Positions 1 through 12,889 of a stretch of DNA of 64,000 bases are shown piece by piece. Source of the DNA: Octopus vulgaris (taxonomy: Eukaryota); contig OX597816.1 of the NCBI GenBank assembly GCA_951406725.2, positions 175,212,001-175,276,000 on the forward strand. Direction: 5' to 3'. The position numbers were made by a program, and so were the translations under genes. Positions within the stretch are counted from its first letter, which is position 1, and each line of letters begins with the position of its first letter. Below the pieces are notes generated by a model, which was not told the origin of the DNA, ran no database searches, and saw only the letters and a list, made by a program, of their open reading frames with translations.

Positions 1-7
1 ATAATAA

Positions 8-1022
8 TAATCATCATCATCATCGTTTAACATCCGTTTTCCATGCTAGCATGGGTTGGACGGTTCAACTGGGGATCTGGGAAGCCAGAAGGCTGCGCCA
101 GGCCCAGTCTGGTCTGGCAGTGTTTCTATGGATGGATGCCCTTCCTAACGCCAACCACTCTGTGAGTGTAGTGGGTGCTTTTTACGTGCCACCTGCACAG
201 GTGCCAGACGAGGCTGGCAAATGGCCACAGACGGATGGTGCTTTTTACGTGCCACCGGCACGGGGGACAGACAAGGCTGGCAATGGCCACAATCGGATGG
301 TGCATTTTACGTGCCACCGGCACGGAGGCCAGTCGGGGCGGTGCTGGCAACAGCCACGTTCGGATGGTTCTCTTACGTGCCATCGGCACAGGTATCACAG
401 CTACAATTTCCATTGATGTTGATCGATTTCGATTTTGATTTTCATTTTGATTTTCACTTGCCTCAACAGGTCTTCACAAGTAGGGTTTGTGTCACAAAAG
501 GGAAAGGTATGCATAAGTGGGCTGGCTACGTCCCAGGTAGAGGCCATGGGTTATGGTCTCACTTGTCCTGCCGGGTCTTCCCACGCACAGCATACTTCCA
601 AAGGTCTCAGTCTCTGGTCATTTCCTCGGTGAGACCTAATGTTCGAAGGTTGTGCTTCACCACCTCGTCCCAGGTTTTCCTGGGTCTACCTCTTCCACAG
701 GTTCCCTCAACCGCTAGGGTGTGGAACTTTTTCACACAACTATCTTCATCCATTCTCGCTATATGACCATACCAGCGCAGACGTCTCTCTTGCACACCGC
801 AACTGATGCTTCTTAGATCTAACTTTCCTCTCAAGGTACTTACACTCTGTCGAGTATGAACGCTGACATTACACATCCATCGGAACATACTGGCTTCATT
901 TCTTGCAAGCTTACGCATGTCCTCAGCAGTCACAGCCCAAGTTTCACTGCCATGTAGCATGGCTGTTCGTACACATGCATCATACAGTCTGCTTTTTATT
1001 CTGAGCGAGAGGCCTTTTGTCA
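8..1022 (-). mobile_element. RTE-clade LINE, 5'-truncated 3' fragment (end of ORF, 3' UTR with internal tandem repeats, (GAT)n tail)
   Basis: Minus ORF 607-1095 has the RTE C-terminal motifs RLYDACVRTAMLHGSETW, RRLRWYGHIARM and GRGRPRKTW. The UTR has repeated GGTGCTTTTTACGTGCCACC units and ends in (CAT)n on +. Confidence 0.9.
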
Positions 1023-1035
1023 CCATAATAATAAT

Positions 1036-1686
1036 AATAACATGCATGGATTCAATTCCACTTATTGTTAGGCAATTGGTTAAATACCTAACCAACCAAC
1101 CAACTAATCAATCATTTGTTTACTATACTGGTTAAACAATCATTCAGCTGTTTGTTAGTCAAAGTTCTTTCACTGCTGTTTGCAACCTTTTCAATGACTT
1201 AATGACTTCCCTTCTTGCTCCAAGGTCTGCTCTGAATCTGTCTGAAAATCGGTCTGATGTCTCTGTGTATGCATGCTTGTATGTGTGTTTGCTTAGAAGA
1301 GGAGGTAAGGATGAGAGTAAACAAAGGGTTTGTGTGTGTTTGCATGTGTACACCCATGTGACTGCTTATACGTGTGTTTGGGTGTATGTGCACTAGCCAT
1401 CCATGACCTCTGTAAGTGGTTGGCCTTTTGTCCTTTCTGTTCTTGGTCAGTCTCTTGTTTGCTGAAGATTTATGGGTTTAGAGTGTGCATACACTCTCAG
1501 ATATAATGCCAACTCTCAGACAGAGGCAGAGGAGACCTTGAAGTGAATGGGAAAGTTACTAAGTTACTGAAAAAGCCACAAGCAGCAACGAGAGAACTTC
1601 GACTAACAAACAACTGATTGATTGTTTAATGACCACATTAAACAAACAATAAAGAAGTGAAATTGAACCTATGCATGTGTTATTGT
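1036..1686. repeat. Degenerate element with ~150 bp inverted ends
   Basis: ~1036-1185 (CATGCATGGATTCAATTCCACTT...GTTTGTTAGTCAAAGTTC) is an imperfect reverse complement of ~1575-1686 (GAACTTCGACTAACAAAC...AAGTGAAATTGAACCTATGCATG). Confidence 0.55.
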
Positions 1687-2639
1687 TGGCATAATGACTC
1701 TCAAGAAACAATAAAATAGATTAATGTATATCATGTAACCATCTAAATGTAATTTTTGTTTTTATTCTTATTTTAAAATTTTGCTTCTATCTTTTTAGAT
1801 ATTCTTGGTATACTTTAATTTCACATCTTTATGATTTGGAATATCTAGTTTGAGATATATGAGCATTATTGTGTGGTAATAAGCTCTTAGTATATTGTGT
1901 CTGTCTCAGTTTAATTTCTGTTTTTCTGGTTAAAGAAGTCAAACCTTTCTCAATAAACTGGAGAAAGGCAATAACTGCTTAATTGACTTGTTCTTCACAC
2001 TGTTGTTGCAGTCCATATTTTATTGGGTTATAGAAGTACTGCTCAAAATAGTTTTCATGCAATGATTTCTTGTGCATATCAGCCTGGCCAAGTCCATTGC
2101 TCTATATTTCTAGCAGAATTTGAAGTCCATATTGTAAGTTAACAATGCAGTTGCTTTTCTTTTTTTTACATCTAGAGGCTTTCTGTCAACTATATCCTTT
2201 ACACTTAGTAGTTATTTTGCATGGTCACGACATAGCATTTGTAGGATACAAATGTTTGGTTATTAGGTTGGTAAATTGACACACTATTGATTTGTCCATC
2301 TGTACCATTTCTTTGATGGCAAAAGTTTCAGTACTATTCCCTATAACTCAAGTTGTAGGACATTATTAATTTCATGTTTATAAATGCACAAATTGGACTA
2401 AGCTAAAAAATAAATAATGGACAAAATGGAATAAGCAGGACAAGAGGAGACACATGGAACAGAGTTACTGATGGGGTCACAGAATGTGTGATGAAAGAAA
2501 TTTGACAGATGTATAAACTAAAAATAATAAAAGTAGAAACTAAAGTGAAGGTTGAATAAATAGTGTGTGTGTTTAATTGGCAAAAAACAAATGACCATCC
2601 ACAAGTATAAAAAAATAATTTTTCTTTCAATATTTCCAG

Positions 2640-2784
2640 CTAACACCATCACACCCACTGTTGAACTGAATGCCCTTGCAATGAAAAGGGGTGAACCAGC
2701 CATTTACAAAACATTTGAACATCGCCATCCATTTTATTCTCCTACGCCCCACAACTATGATTATAGAGGATATTACAATCAAAG
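2640..2784 (+). CDS. stau: Staufen dsRNA-binding protein, internal exon (first half of split dsRBD2)
   Basis: ttccAG|...|GTacag boundaries. Encodes ANTITPTVELNALAMKRGEPAIY...YDYRGYYNQR, the Staufen dsRBD2 start plus its Pro/aromatic insertion. Confidence 0.93.
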
Positions 2785-3249
2785 GTACAGTTAAATGTAG
2801 ATTTTCTTTCATTCAAAAACTTGGTTTCTGGTGCGGTATTGCTTATATATTTTATAATTTAGTACTATAAAAAGTAAATCTAGGTAAATCCTTTTTCTTA
2901 ATTTTAATTCTAATGTCTTCCACTCAACACTTTTTGTCTGAAGCATCTATTATGGTGTTGATGCATGATAGTAAAAATGTGAAAAACTCTATCTTTGGTC
3001 ATCTAAATACATGTTCATTTCTTAGTTAGGAAGAGAATCATTCTTAATCAGCCACAATTCAAACCGTTTTACCAAACTCTTGCAACAAACCTTCTACTTG
3101 AGTATTAGAGGCTTTTCATATTTATTATGACAAAAAGTTAATTTTACATTTAGTGAATAACTTCAAACTAAACAACACAGTATTTTTGGTTTATTGTTAA
3201 GGTTTGTTCTACATTTTTCAAACTTGTAAAAATGTATTCATACAGAATA

Positions 3250-3409
3250 GGCACAGGCGTGACTGTGTGGTAAGAAGCTTGCTTTCAAACCACATGGTTC
3301 TGGGTTCATTCCTACTGCATGGCACCTTGGGCAAGTGTCGTCTACAATAGCCTTAGGCTGACCAAAGCTTTGTGAGTGGATTTGATAGACAGAAACTGAA
3401 AGAAGCTTG

Positions 3410-3452
<43 letters not shown>

Positions 3453-3925
3453 CAAATTGGGGGTTGTGAGTGCAACCCACCATGGGATAACATGTATCCA
3501 ATATACTGCTAGTAAAGTACCCAACAAAGTTAATAAGAATTGCGATGCAGTTAATTCATTCACTGTATTATATGGGCAAAGGTAAAATGTTTTACCACAA
3601 ATTAATAATACAAAATAAGAAAATGGAGAAATACATCTTAATCAATAATCAACTACCAGAAAATACCCAATCACATAATTTATTAACCCACTACATATGA
3701 ACATTAAGGTCAAACATAATAATATAGAACAAAACAATGTACATCAATGAGTAATATGTACATTGTTTTGTTCTATATTGTTATGTTTGACCTTAATGTT
3801 CATATGTAGTGGGTTAATAAATTATGTGATTGGGTATTATCTGGTAGTTGATTATTGATTAAGATGTATTTCGAGTCATTCAACTAAAAATCCAAGGCAG
3901 TCTAATGACTGAAACAAGTAAAAGG
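3250..3925 (+). mobile_element. tRNA-derived SINE (family A) split by a fold-back insertion in its TA tract
   Basis: Head GGCGTGACTGTGTGGTAAGAAGCTTGC...GGGTTCATTCC at ~3255. The family tail ATGACTGAAACAAGTAAAAG resumes only at ~3905. Confidence 0.75.
3628..3872. repeat. Near-perfect hairpin, 117 bp arms, 11 nt loop
   Basis: 3628-3744 is the reverse complement of 3756-3872, with about 2 mismatches. Confidence 0.95.
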
Positions 3926-4674
3926 AAAAAAGATAAAGATAAATGTTGATAATTTAAGCAATATCGTTCTTCCCTTCTTTTCATATTCAAGTATGCCATC
4001 ATAATATTTCAAATGGCTTGTAGTATATATCTTTGAATTAACTACAGTCCTTTCATAATCCCTGTTTTAATGTTGATTTTCTAATGCTAGAATGGTTTTG
4101 ACATGGCTTTTTGTTTCTATTTCAACTATGAAAACCAATGTTCTCAGATCAGACCTCACCTCTTCTGTTCATGGGTAAAGTCCTCTGTTGGCTGAAAGCA
4201 TATTTTCAATTCATGTTTTACATAATTTCATCCTAATGGTTTTGAAACTGAAAAAAAAACAAAACCTTTCAAATTGTTATGACATCCTGCACCAGGGACA
4301 AAGGACCTATCATATGTAATGCATGCACTGCATGCCTTACTATTTTTCCAGGATAACTAATTTTTGTGTCATATAACTTATTGATAATTTTCACTATTCT
4401 CATTGTACTTGAATTTTTTTCTTTCATTTGTAAGTATGAATTGTAAACAACTGATATTATTTAATAAGTATAAGTAAAGAAAATGGCTGTTTGCTTAGTG
4501 AGAAAAGAAGGAAAAGCCGTAAATAATTGCTTTGCTGCTCCTTCTTCAAAAAGAAGAGGGAGTGTGAAAGAAAAAAACAAATGAGTGGTTAAGAGAGAGA
4601 CAAACAGAGAAAGGCAACTTTTTTTTTAAGAGAGTTCTATTATTCTTTTTGAGAAGGGAGTATTAAAAAGATAG

Positions 4675-5060
4675 GATGGAAGCACTCCGTCGGTTACGAC
4701 GATGAGGGTTCCGGTTGATCCAAATCAACAGAACAGCCTGCCCGTGAGATTAACGTGTAAGTGGCTGAGCACTCCACAGACACGTGCACCCTTAACGTAG
4801 TTCTCGGGGATATTCAGCGTGACACAGAGAGTGACAAGGCCGGCCCTTTGAAATACAGGTACAACAGAAACAGGAAGTAAGAGTGAGAGAAAGTTGTGGT
4901 GAAAGAGTACAGCAGGGATCACCACCATCCCCTGCTGGAGCCTCGTGGAGCTTTTAGGTGTTTTCGCTCAATAAACATTCACAACGCCCGGTCTGGGAAT
5001 CGAAACCGTGATCCTATGACCGCGAGTCCGCTGCCCTAACCACTGGGCCATTGCGCCTCC
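4675..5060 (-). mobile_element. tRNA-derived SINE (family B)
   Basis: Minus strand begins GGAGGCGCAATGGCCCAGTGGTTAGGGCAGCGGACTCGCGG...GGTTTCGATTCC (A/B boxes). Homologous copies at ~48550-49165, 49640-50000 and 34395-34620. Confidence 0.85.
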
Positions 5061-5359
5061 TGAAAAGATAGACAAAACAAATGAGTGAGTAGTCAAGAGA
5101 GAGAAAGGCAGAGGAAAGCAAATGTTTTTACTGCTTGTTTTCTTGTTATGTTAAACCAGCAGACACACTGTCCACATATTTTCTCCTGAAGCACTGATGT
5201 TTTTACTGCCCTGTGTAACAGAGATCAAAGGTTTGCCTATTCAAATGACTTAAACCTTTCCTCTTGGTTGGGCAGATTCAGATTTAGTCAATTTGCAAGT
5301 TTGCTTTATTGCTGATTCTGGTTAATTCCATATGATTATTTGGTTCTGAAGAGTATACT

Positions 5360-5770
5360 CTTTTACTCTTTTTACTTGTTTCAGTCATTAAACTGCAGTC
5401 ATGCTGGGACACTTCCTTGAAGAATTTTTAATTGAATGAATTGACCCCCAGTATTTTTTTTTTTTTAAAGTCTGGCACTTATTTTCTCAATCTCTCATGC
5501 TGAACCACTAACTAAAGGGAACATAAACAAACCAAGACCAGTTGTCAAGTGGTGGGCGAAGACAGACAAACATGCACACACAACTATACACACACACATA
5601 CATGTATATATAATGGGCTTCTTTCAGTTTCTGCCTGCCAATTCCACTCACAAGGCTTTGGTTGGCCCAAGGCTGTAGTTGAAGACACTTGCTTAAGGTG
5701 CTCCACATTGATACTGAACCTAGAACCATGCAATTGGGAAGCAAACTTCTTACCACCCAGCCATGCCTGC
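5360..5770 (-). mobile_element. SINE family A, diverged copy
   Basis: Reverse complement of the 9350-9750 copy: CTTGTTTCAGTCAT tail, CAAATTCCACTCACAAGGCTTTGG core. Confidence 0.8.
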
Positions 5771-7320
5771 TTTTTAAAATAAAATGATTTAACCCATGGA
5801 GAGTATTCTGGGTCCTTTCTTAAGAACCGAATTCAGTCATGTAACCCTAAAATTTTCTCAATTAGTTCACATTTGAAACAAAGAAGCAGCTTACTTTTTT
5901 GTGATTAAAAAGTAAAATTTTCATCTATTTATCCATGCCAATGCTTTAAAATGATTTTAAAATAGTTGTGTTTAAGTAAACAAGCACCTAAATGTTTTGT
6001 TAGAATAAAACTTCGACTCAATTTAAAAAGTAACCTTTTTTATGCCCAGGATGGCACAAGAGTCAACTAGCTCAGTTTCCTCTCTACTTTCCCAACCTTT
6101 GCAACAAAAAGTATATTATCATTCTCAGAAAAGAGAAGCCAAAGCTTGAAATGAAAATCAAAACCAAAGTGGGCAGAAAGGAATGTCATCATTATTTTTA
6201 TTCCAAGTATTGTGAATTGTATGAGTGAATGATGTCTCATTCTTAGCAAATTTTTCTTTTTCCCATGTCTGTCATTTTGTCAGCATTTTGTCACATGGAC
6301 AGCTACTGGCTACTGTGATTTGCACAATTTGATTACAGCTTTAACAAAATACAAGCATCTCAGAACCTGAACCCTGTAATTACTCTGAAAACTTTGGTCA
6401 AATGAATTGATACAGCAATTAATCACTGGCAAGCAGGTTTGATTCACCTCCATAATAGATCAGTTGAGAAAACTCATGATGTATTGAAAAGGTTAATTCA
6501 TTGTATCAAAATTTTGGCCTGTCAAGAATTACTATTTGAAGGACACAATGAAACAGAAGAATCAAACTATAAGGGTAATTTTGTGGCTATACATGAAGCA
6601 GTAGCAGAATATAATGGTTGTTTAAGATAGTGTTTAGATCTTGTGAAGAAAACTGCCAACTGCACATTTTCTGGACTTTCAAGTGATAATCAAAACAAGA
6701 TCATTTCATTATATAGCTGCTACAAGTGAAAGTGAAACTAAGCCAATGATAAAAAAAATAGCATTTGTTGCTGTTATGTCAGATGAGACTATAGAACTTC
6801 AAATGAAATCACAATCATCACATGTTTTGCAATTTGTTGATGCGAAGGAAAAGCCTCAAGAAAGGTTTTTGGGATACATCAATGTCAGCAGAGATAGAAA
6901 AGCTGCATTGCTGACAGAAGTTCGAAAATTTGTTAATTAATTCAACTGTGGCCAAAAATTCATCACACAAACTTAGGATGAAACAAATCTGATGGTTGGG
7001 TATTTGGACAGAGTGCAAACAAGAATAAAGGAGACTTTTGGCGCAAAATCATATTTGTACATTGTTTATGCACATTCACTTAATTTGGTACTTTCTCAGT
7101 CAGCTTCAAGTATTCATGAATGTCGAGTTTTCTTCCAAATTTTACAAGAAATTTTGACTTTTTTCTCTAAGTTAATGGCTTGAATAGCCCTACTGGATGA
7201 AATTATTAGGTGATTTCCAAAGTTACCTGAGACATGTTGGAATTATTCATCTCAACAAGTATCCATTTTGTCTAAACAAAATTACTGTTGTTTTCTGAGC
7301 TGTTTTCAACTATATTAGAA

Positions 7321-7750
7321 TCAGAATCGAAATCGATCAATGGAAATTGCAGCTGAGTGCTGGTGGCACGTAAGAGAACCATCCGAACGTGGCCGTTTCC
7401 AGCGCCGCCCCGACTGGCCTTGTGCCGGTGGCACGTAAAAAGCACCATCCGTTTGTGGCCGTTGCCAGCGCCGCCCCGACTGGCCTCGTGCCGGTGGCAC
7501 GTAAAAAGCACCATCTGTTCGTGGCTGTTTGCCAGACTCGTCTGACACCTGTGCCGGTGGCACGTAAAAAGCACCCACTACACTCATGGAGTGGTTGGCA
7601 TTAGGAAGGGCATCCAGCCGTAGAAACATTACCAGATCAAACTGGGCCTGGTGCAGCCTTCTGGCTTCCCAGACCCCAGTTGAACCGTCCAACCCATGCT
7701 AGCATGGAAAGCGGACGCTAAACGATGATGATGATGATGATGATGATGAT
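7321..7750 (+). mobile_element. RTE LINE 3' UTR fragment inserted in the hAT relic
   Basis: Four GTGGCACGTAA units, (GAT)n tail, flanked by ATTAGAA on both sides (likely TSD). Confidence 0.88.
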
Positions 7751-8000
7751 TAGAAAATCCAGAGGATTGGAGTGCTTCAGAATTAGAACTGAATTGAGTG
7801 GCTCAGATTCTGTTTTCGATTCTTTAAAAAAGTCTACTTGACATTTCGAGATGTATTCATGAAGTTGAGAACTTCAAAAAACAGTTGGTTGATACTGTTG
7901 CAGTAGGTGTAATTATTGTATTAATTGTGGTGTAAGATTAGGCTGACTACATATATTACAAACAGAAGCAAAGCTCTTGAATATTTAACTTCAGATTTAT

Positions 8001-8229
8001 TTAACCCTTTAGCATTTAAACCGGCCATATCCGGCCAAAAGTATTCTGCCTGTTTTATGTTCAAACTGGCCAGATCTGGTCTCTCACACCAACCCTACAA
8101 TATCGATTAAAAAATTAACAGCTACCTCATCAAAATCTCATAGCACCAAGATAATGCCTGATTAGTTCAAGGCAATGTGGATAAAAAAGGATTAATTTTG
8201 GCAGAATAATGCGAACACTAAAGGGTTAA
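8001..8229. mobile_element. piggyBac-type MITE
   Basis: TTAA|CCCTTTAG ... CTAAAGGG|TTAA ends. Related decayed copies at ~37480-37676 and ~41620-41831. Confidence 0.8.
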
Positions 8230-9349
8230 AGGAAGGCTGAACATGAATACATACATAAATTGTCAAATCCTCACTGGTATAGAAACTAAGATGTAGGGAT
8301 CAACTTAACTGTGACTACTAAACAATTAGTTATCTTCAAGATGTGAGCAACTGCTGGATCTTGTTGAAACTTTGTCTTGATTTGCTTAGTGAGAGCTGAG
8401 TTGTGTTCTCTTTGAATGCCATGAGAATTTTGGAAGGTATCCAGCACTAAACTGCTCAACAGGAGAAAATGTGTAATTCTCAATAACTCTTTAGGTAATG
8501 TTCTAACTGATATTATGATTTCCTGCAAACTGGTGGGTTGAAAAAACCCAAAAAGGTTGTTCATATCAAGATTGCATGCCCCAACTGTGGCTCATTACAC
8601 TATCAAGAACAAATTTGAAGAATTTTACTGCTGGGTTATGGATGGTGCTGCTGAACCACCAGAGAAGCATGGTTAACATCAAGTGCCAGAAGCTGTTTTA
8701 AGAACTTTCTTTAACAACATTTTGCATGAAGTTATTGCTGACATTGAGCAAAGATTTAAAACACCATTGTTTAAGATCTTTGAGTTCAGATTTTTACCAT
8801 GAAAATTTTGGATGGAACCATTTTCATTTTTGGATATCTATAAAAACATATTGAATGAGATTTTACAAAGCAAGTGTCAAACATCCAAGAAGTTGCTGAC
8901 ATAATATGGAAGCTTGAATTAAATCAAACTCCGACCTAAGTAACAAAATTTTTATGCCTGATTGTGACCATACCTGCCATATCTACTTCCCGTGAGAAAT
9001 TTCTTTATCATCATCATCATCATCATTTAGATGCCCTTCCTAACACCAACCACTCCGCAAGTGTAGTGGGTGCTTTTTACGTGCCACCCGCACAGGAGCC
9101 AGACGGAGCTGGCAAACGGCCACGAACGGATGGTGCTTTTACGTGCCACCGGCACAGAAGACATAGATTATTATATGAAGTGTTCTCAAAGTGAAGAGAG
9201 ATTGAGTAATTTGGTCTTCATTTCCACGAATGAAAACCTGTAGAAGATGAAAGTAGAGTGTGGTGTGTTTACATTTCATACCAAAGTGGTCAATGAATTT
9301 ACCAAGAAGAAACAAAGAATTGAACTGATTTACAAATAAATTTTAAATA

Positions 9350-9511
9350 GCTCAGGAGTGGCTGTGTGGTAAATAGCTTGCTAACCAACCACATGGCTCC
9401 GGGTTCAGTCCCACTGCGTGGCATCTTGAGCAAGTGCCTTCTGCTATAGCCCCAGGCTGACCAATGCCTTGTGAGTGGATTTGGTAGACGGAAACTGAAA
9501 GAAGCCTGTCG

Positions 9512-9548
<37 letters not shown>

Positions 9549-9750
9549 TTGTGTTTGTCCCCCTAGCATTGCTTGACAACCGATGCTGGTGTGTTTACGT
9601 CCCCGTCACCTAGCGGTTCGGCAAAAGAGACCCATAAAATAAGTACTGGGCTTACAAAGAATAAGTCCCGGGGTCGATTTGCTCGACTAAAGGCGGTGCT
9701 CCAGCAAGGCTGCAGTCAAATGACTGAAACAAGTAAAAGAGTAAAGAGTA
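9350..9750 (+). mobile_element. tRNA-derived SINE family A, full length
   Basis: GGAGTGGCTGTGTGGTAA...GGGTTCAGTCCC head, central (TA)n(TG)n, tail GACTGAAACAAGTAAAAGAGTAAAGAG. Near-identical to 31745-32130. Confidence 0.9.
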
Positions 9751-10117
9751 TTAGGTTTTATTATTTTCTCAGATGTCTCTTATAACCAATAACAGTCATC
9801 ATGGCAAGCTTATTGCCAGGGTATTGCTAATGGAGGAACATGTAGTCCAGTGCAGAGCGAGTATCAAGCCCAAAGTGTGGCCTTTTGGTAGACATGCATT
9901 TTCTCACATTAAAATTAGTTCATATCACATTCATAGATGGTGTTGGGTGTGAATAGCTTTTAGTGAAGGGGAGACTAAGGCTCCACAACCCCTTGGTGAT
10001 TGTCCTGCATGTTCTGTTTCCAAGTCACCATTCACCACTGAATTGTACCCCTATTTTGAGATTATTTGTGCAAGTTATCTTATTATCAACTGATCATGAG
10101 AAATGTAGAAATTTGTA

Positions 10118-11419
10118 TCAGGTCATTAAGACTAAATTGTTTATTTTATTTTACTTTATCTCATAAAGTTTATTTTACTTTATCTCAACAAAAAGCAATG
10201 CAGTTAATCAAAGTATGCACCTAAATTATCAACTCAATTTTGCCATTTTATCGGTATCTTATTTATGCTGGCAGCAAAGAATTCTGGAGAGCAAGAGATG
10301 ATGAAATCACAAAAAACTCTTTTGCATCTTCATATTTGAAGTTTTTTCCATGCGAAAAGTTGTCTAATGCCGGGAAAAACATGATAGTCAGTTGGTGCAA
10401 GATCTGGTGAATATGGTGGATGACAGAGTATTTCCAAGTTCAGTTCCTGTAACATAAGTAGCGTTCTTTGTACTACATATGGTCGAGCATTGTTTTGCAA
10501 GAGAATTGGCCTATCCCTATTGACCAATCTCGGTTGTTTAATTGCAAGTTCACTCATCATTTCATCCATTTGGTTGATGTATACATCTACTGTAATTGAC
10601 TTACCAGGTCTCTTGAAGCTCATGAAGTAGTGGATGACACCAGTACTGGACCACCCAAACAGACATCATTAGCTTTTTTTTGGTGAATATTCTTTTTTGG
10701 ATTGTGTTTTGGCATTTCATCTCTATCCAACCACCATGCAGAATGCTTGCTATTGTTGAAAAGAATCCATTTTTCATCACACATAACAATATGATGCAAA
10801 AAATGGTTTGCTTTTATGCTGTGACAGCAAAGAACAGCAAGTTTCAGGATGATGTTTCATTTGATGCCTGTTCACTTCATGTGGTACTCACTTGTCCAGC
10901 TTCTTTACCTCGTCGATTTGTTTCAGATGGTCCAATACAGTTGAAATTGAAACATCAAACCTTACAGCTAACTCACGCATAGTTAGAGATGTATCCGCCT
11001 TTCACTACAGTTTCCAGCTCATCATTATCCACCTTGGTCTCAGGTCTACCATGGGGCTGATTTTCAAGAGTAAAGTCACCAGGCCGGAACTTCTCAAACC
11101 ATTGGCATACAGTGTGCTCATTCACTACACCTTCATCAAACATCTCATTGATGTTTCGAGCAGTTTGGGATGCATTGGTTCCACGACTGAACTCATATTC
11201 ATAAACAACATGAATTTTTGATTTATCCATGAGTTTACAAAAATTGATTTACGTGAGAAAACTTGTAATATAATCAGACACCGTGGATTGTATTTCAAAA
11301 AATGATGTTTTAATTCTTCAATGTTGTAAAATAAAGAATTGTTACAATAAAGCATTAAAGTTAACAACTGTCAAACTTGGTGCATAAGAAAATCAAACAT
11401 TTAATTCTTAATGACCTGA
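10118..11419 (-). mobile_element. Mariner transposon, full length, transposase disrupted
   Basis: TA|TCAGGTCATTAAG ... CTTAATGACCTGA|TA TIRs, 1.3 kb. Broken ORFs give HTH region WFEKFRPGDFTLENQPHGRP, QNNARPY and HPPYSPDLAPTDYH. Confidence 0.93.
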
Positions 11420-11887
11420 TAGGTTGTTCATACAATTCTGTATTTCTGAAATGAGGACTTTTTGTATTACATATTAATTGTGGAGTGGTGTCTTCATCTT
11501 GGTTGTTTGTTAAACTACATTTATTTCATATTTTTTGTTGAAAAACGTATTCAGAAATATTAACAAATTTCAAGCTTTATGAAGTGTCTTTCTCATGAGC
11601 AATTGTTAGATTATTCTGTAAATCATAGCTCTTAAAGTGTTGATATGAACTACTTATGATATTCTTACGTATTTTGATTTTCCTTTATGCTACTTTAAAA
11701 ATCATATCCTTTGTCAATATGAATTCTTCTTAGAATTTGGGAATGAATCCCAAGCTATTTTATTTCTCTGCAGTTGTACAAATTCATTAATAGTTAAAGA
11801 TATCTTTGAGTTTAATGGAAATTAAAGCAGTTTCCAGCAGTTATTTATTGAAATCATAAAACATGCTCCTTTTGATTTTATTTGTAG

Positions 11888-12078
11888 GTATCATTTCCCC
11901 AGGGTTTCCAAAATGAGTTATGTCTCTCTAAAAGTTGGTCATCGTGAATTCAGTGGTGAAGGTTTAACCCGCCAAGCTGCCCGGCATAATGCTGCTGCTA
12001 AAGCACTTCAAGTCTTGCACAATGAACCAATTGTTAACACAAAAAAGAAAGAAGTTATTGAGGAATCAAACACTGAAG
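11888..12078 (+). CDS. stau: Staufen internal exon (second half of dsRBD2)
   Basis: tgtAG|...|GTattt. Phase matches the previous exon. Encodes YHFPRVSKMSYVSLKVGHREFSGEGLTRQAARHNAAAKALQVLHNEP... Confidence 0.93.
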
Positions 12079-12889
12079 GTATTTCTATGTGACAATCATT
12101 ACCAGATTGTAATTCTAACTTTCCTTTGTTTATCTGTATGTCTGCATAATTTCAGTAGCATTGAAGCTGATACAGTATTAACGGTATCATCGTAACTGAT
12201 GATAATAGTAACATGGTTGTGGCTTGACATTTACTACTATAAATTATAAGGTTTACATTTCAATGCTTTGAGCTTATGTTAAGTTAAGAATTTTTGAAAT
12301 GATTGTGGGCTGTTTTTATTTGAAATATTTTCAGACTATAGGAACTACATAACAAATCATGATGATACTTGTGATGAAATGAGAACTTAGAGCTCCCAGA
12401 CGACATGGACAAAATACATAAAGCAATGCATTTTTCTTGATCTGTTCAACTAATGTCACCATTAGATAAAAAGCATTAAGATGCTTATAAGGATAATGAT
12501 AATAAATGTTTCTAACATAAACACAAGACTAAAAATGTGTCAGGTGGGGTATAGTTGATTATACTGCCCCCATTACTTCCTGGCTGGTATTTTATTTTAT
12601 CAGTCCTGGAAGGATTAAAAAGAAAGTGGACTTTAAAAATGGTTTTAACTCAGAATGTGAATAGCTGAAGCTAAACACTTACAAGACATTTTTACCTGGT
12701 ATTGTTGAATAATTTTAACCATAGACTAATGAATTAAACTCCTAATTCTGATCTGAAACATATCTCAGCCCAACTCATTATGAGTTCTCTTTCTTTACCT
12801 GCTTTTGTGAACTTGCATTGTTATATTCCAAAGTGGCAATGGAAGTAGATTCTCTAGAAGCAGTAGAATTAATCATGTAAGCATATTGG

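Larger units (their letters stand above)
6040..9340 (+). mobile_element. Decayed hAT transposon (ZMYM1/DUF4371-like transposase pseudogene), interrupted by later insertions
   Basis: Broken ORFs give LACQELLFEGHNETEESNYKGNF, FVAVMSDET...QERFLGY, YAHSLNLVLSQ and a hATC-like VTIPAISTSREKF. Many stops and frameshifts; boundaries approximate. Confidence 0.8.

Noticed and set aside
51-766. Overlapping ORFs with repeated GAFYVPPA / VLFTCHRH peptides (also at 7272-7692, 13761-14515, 36648-37079)
   Set aside because: They are translations of the RTE 3' UTR tandem unit in several frames, not genes.
5000-5060. tRNA-like sequences with A and B boxes (also 9355-9420 and 48745-48815)
   Set aside because: Heads of multi-copy SINEs with no complete cloverleaf or acceptor stem.
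7350-7575. Regularly spaced direct repeats resembling a CRISPR array
   Set aside because: The spacers are homologous to each other, the context is a eukaryotic LINE UTR, and there are no cas genes.
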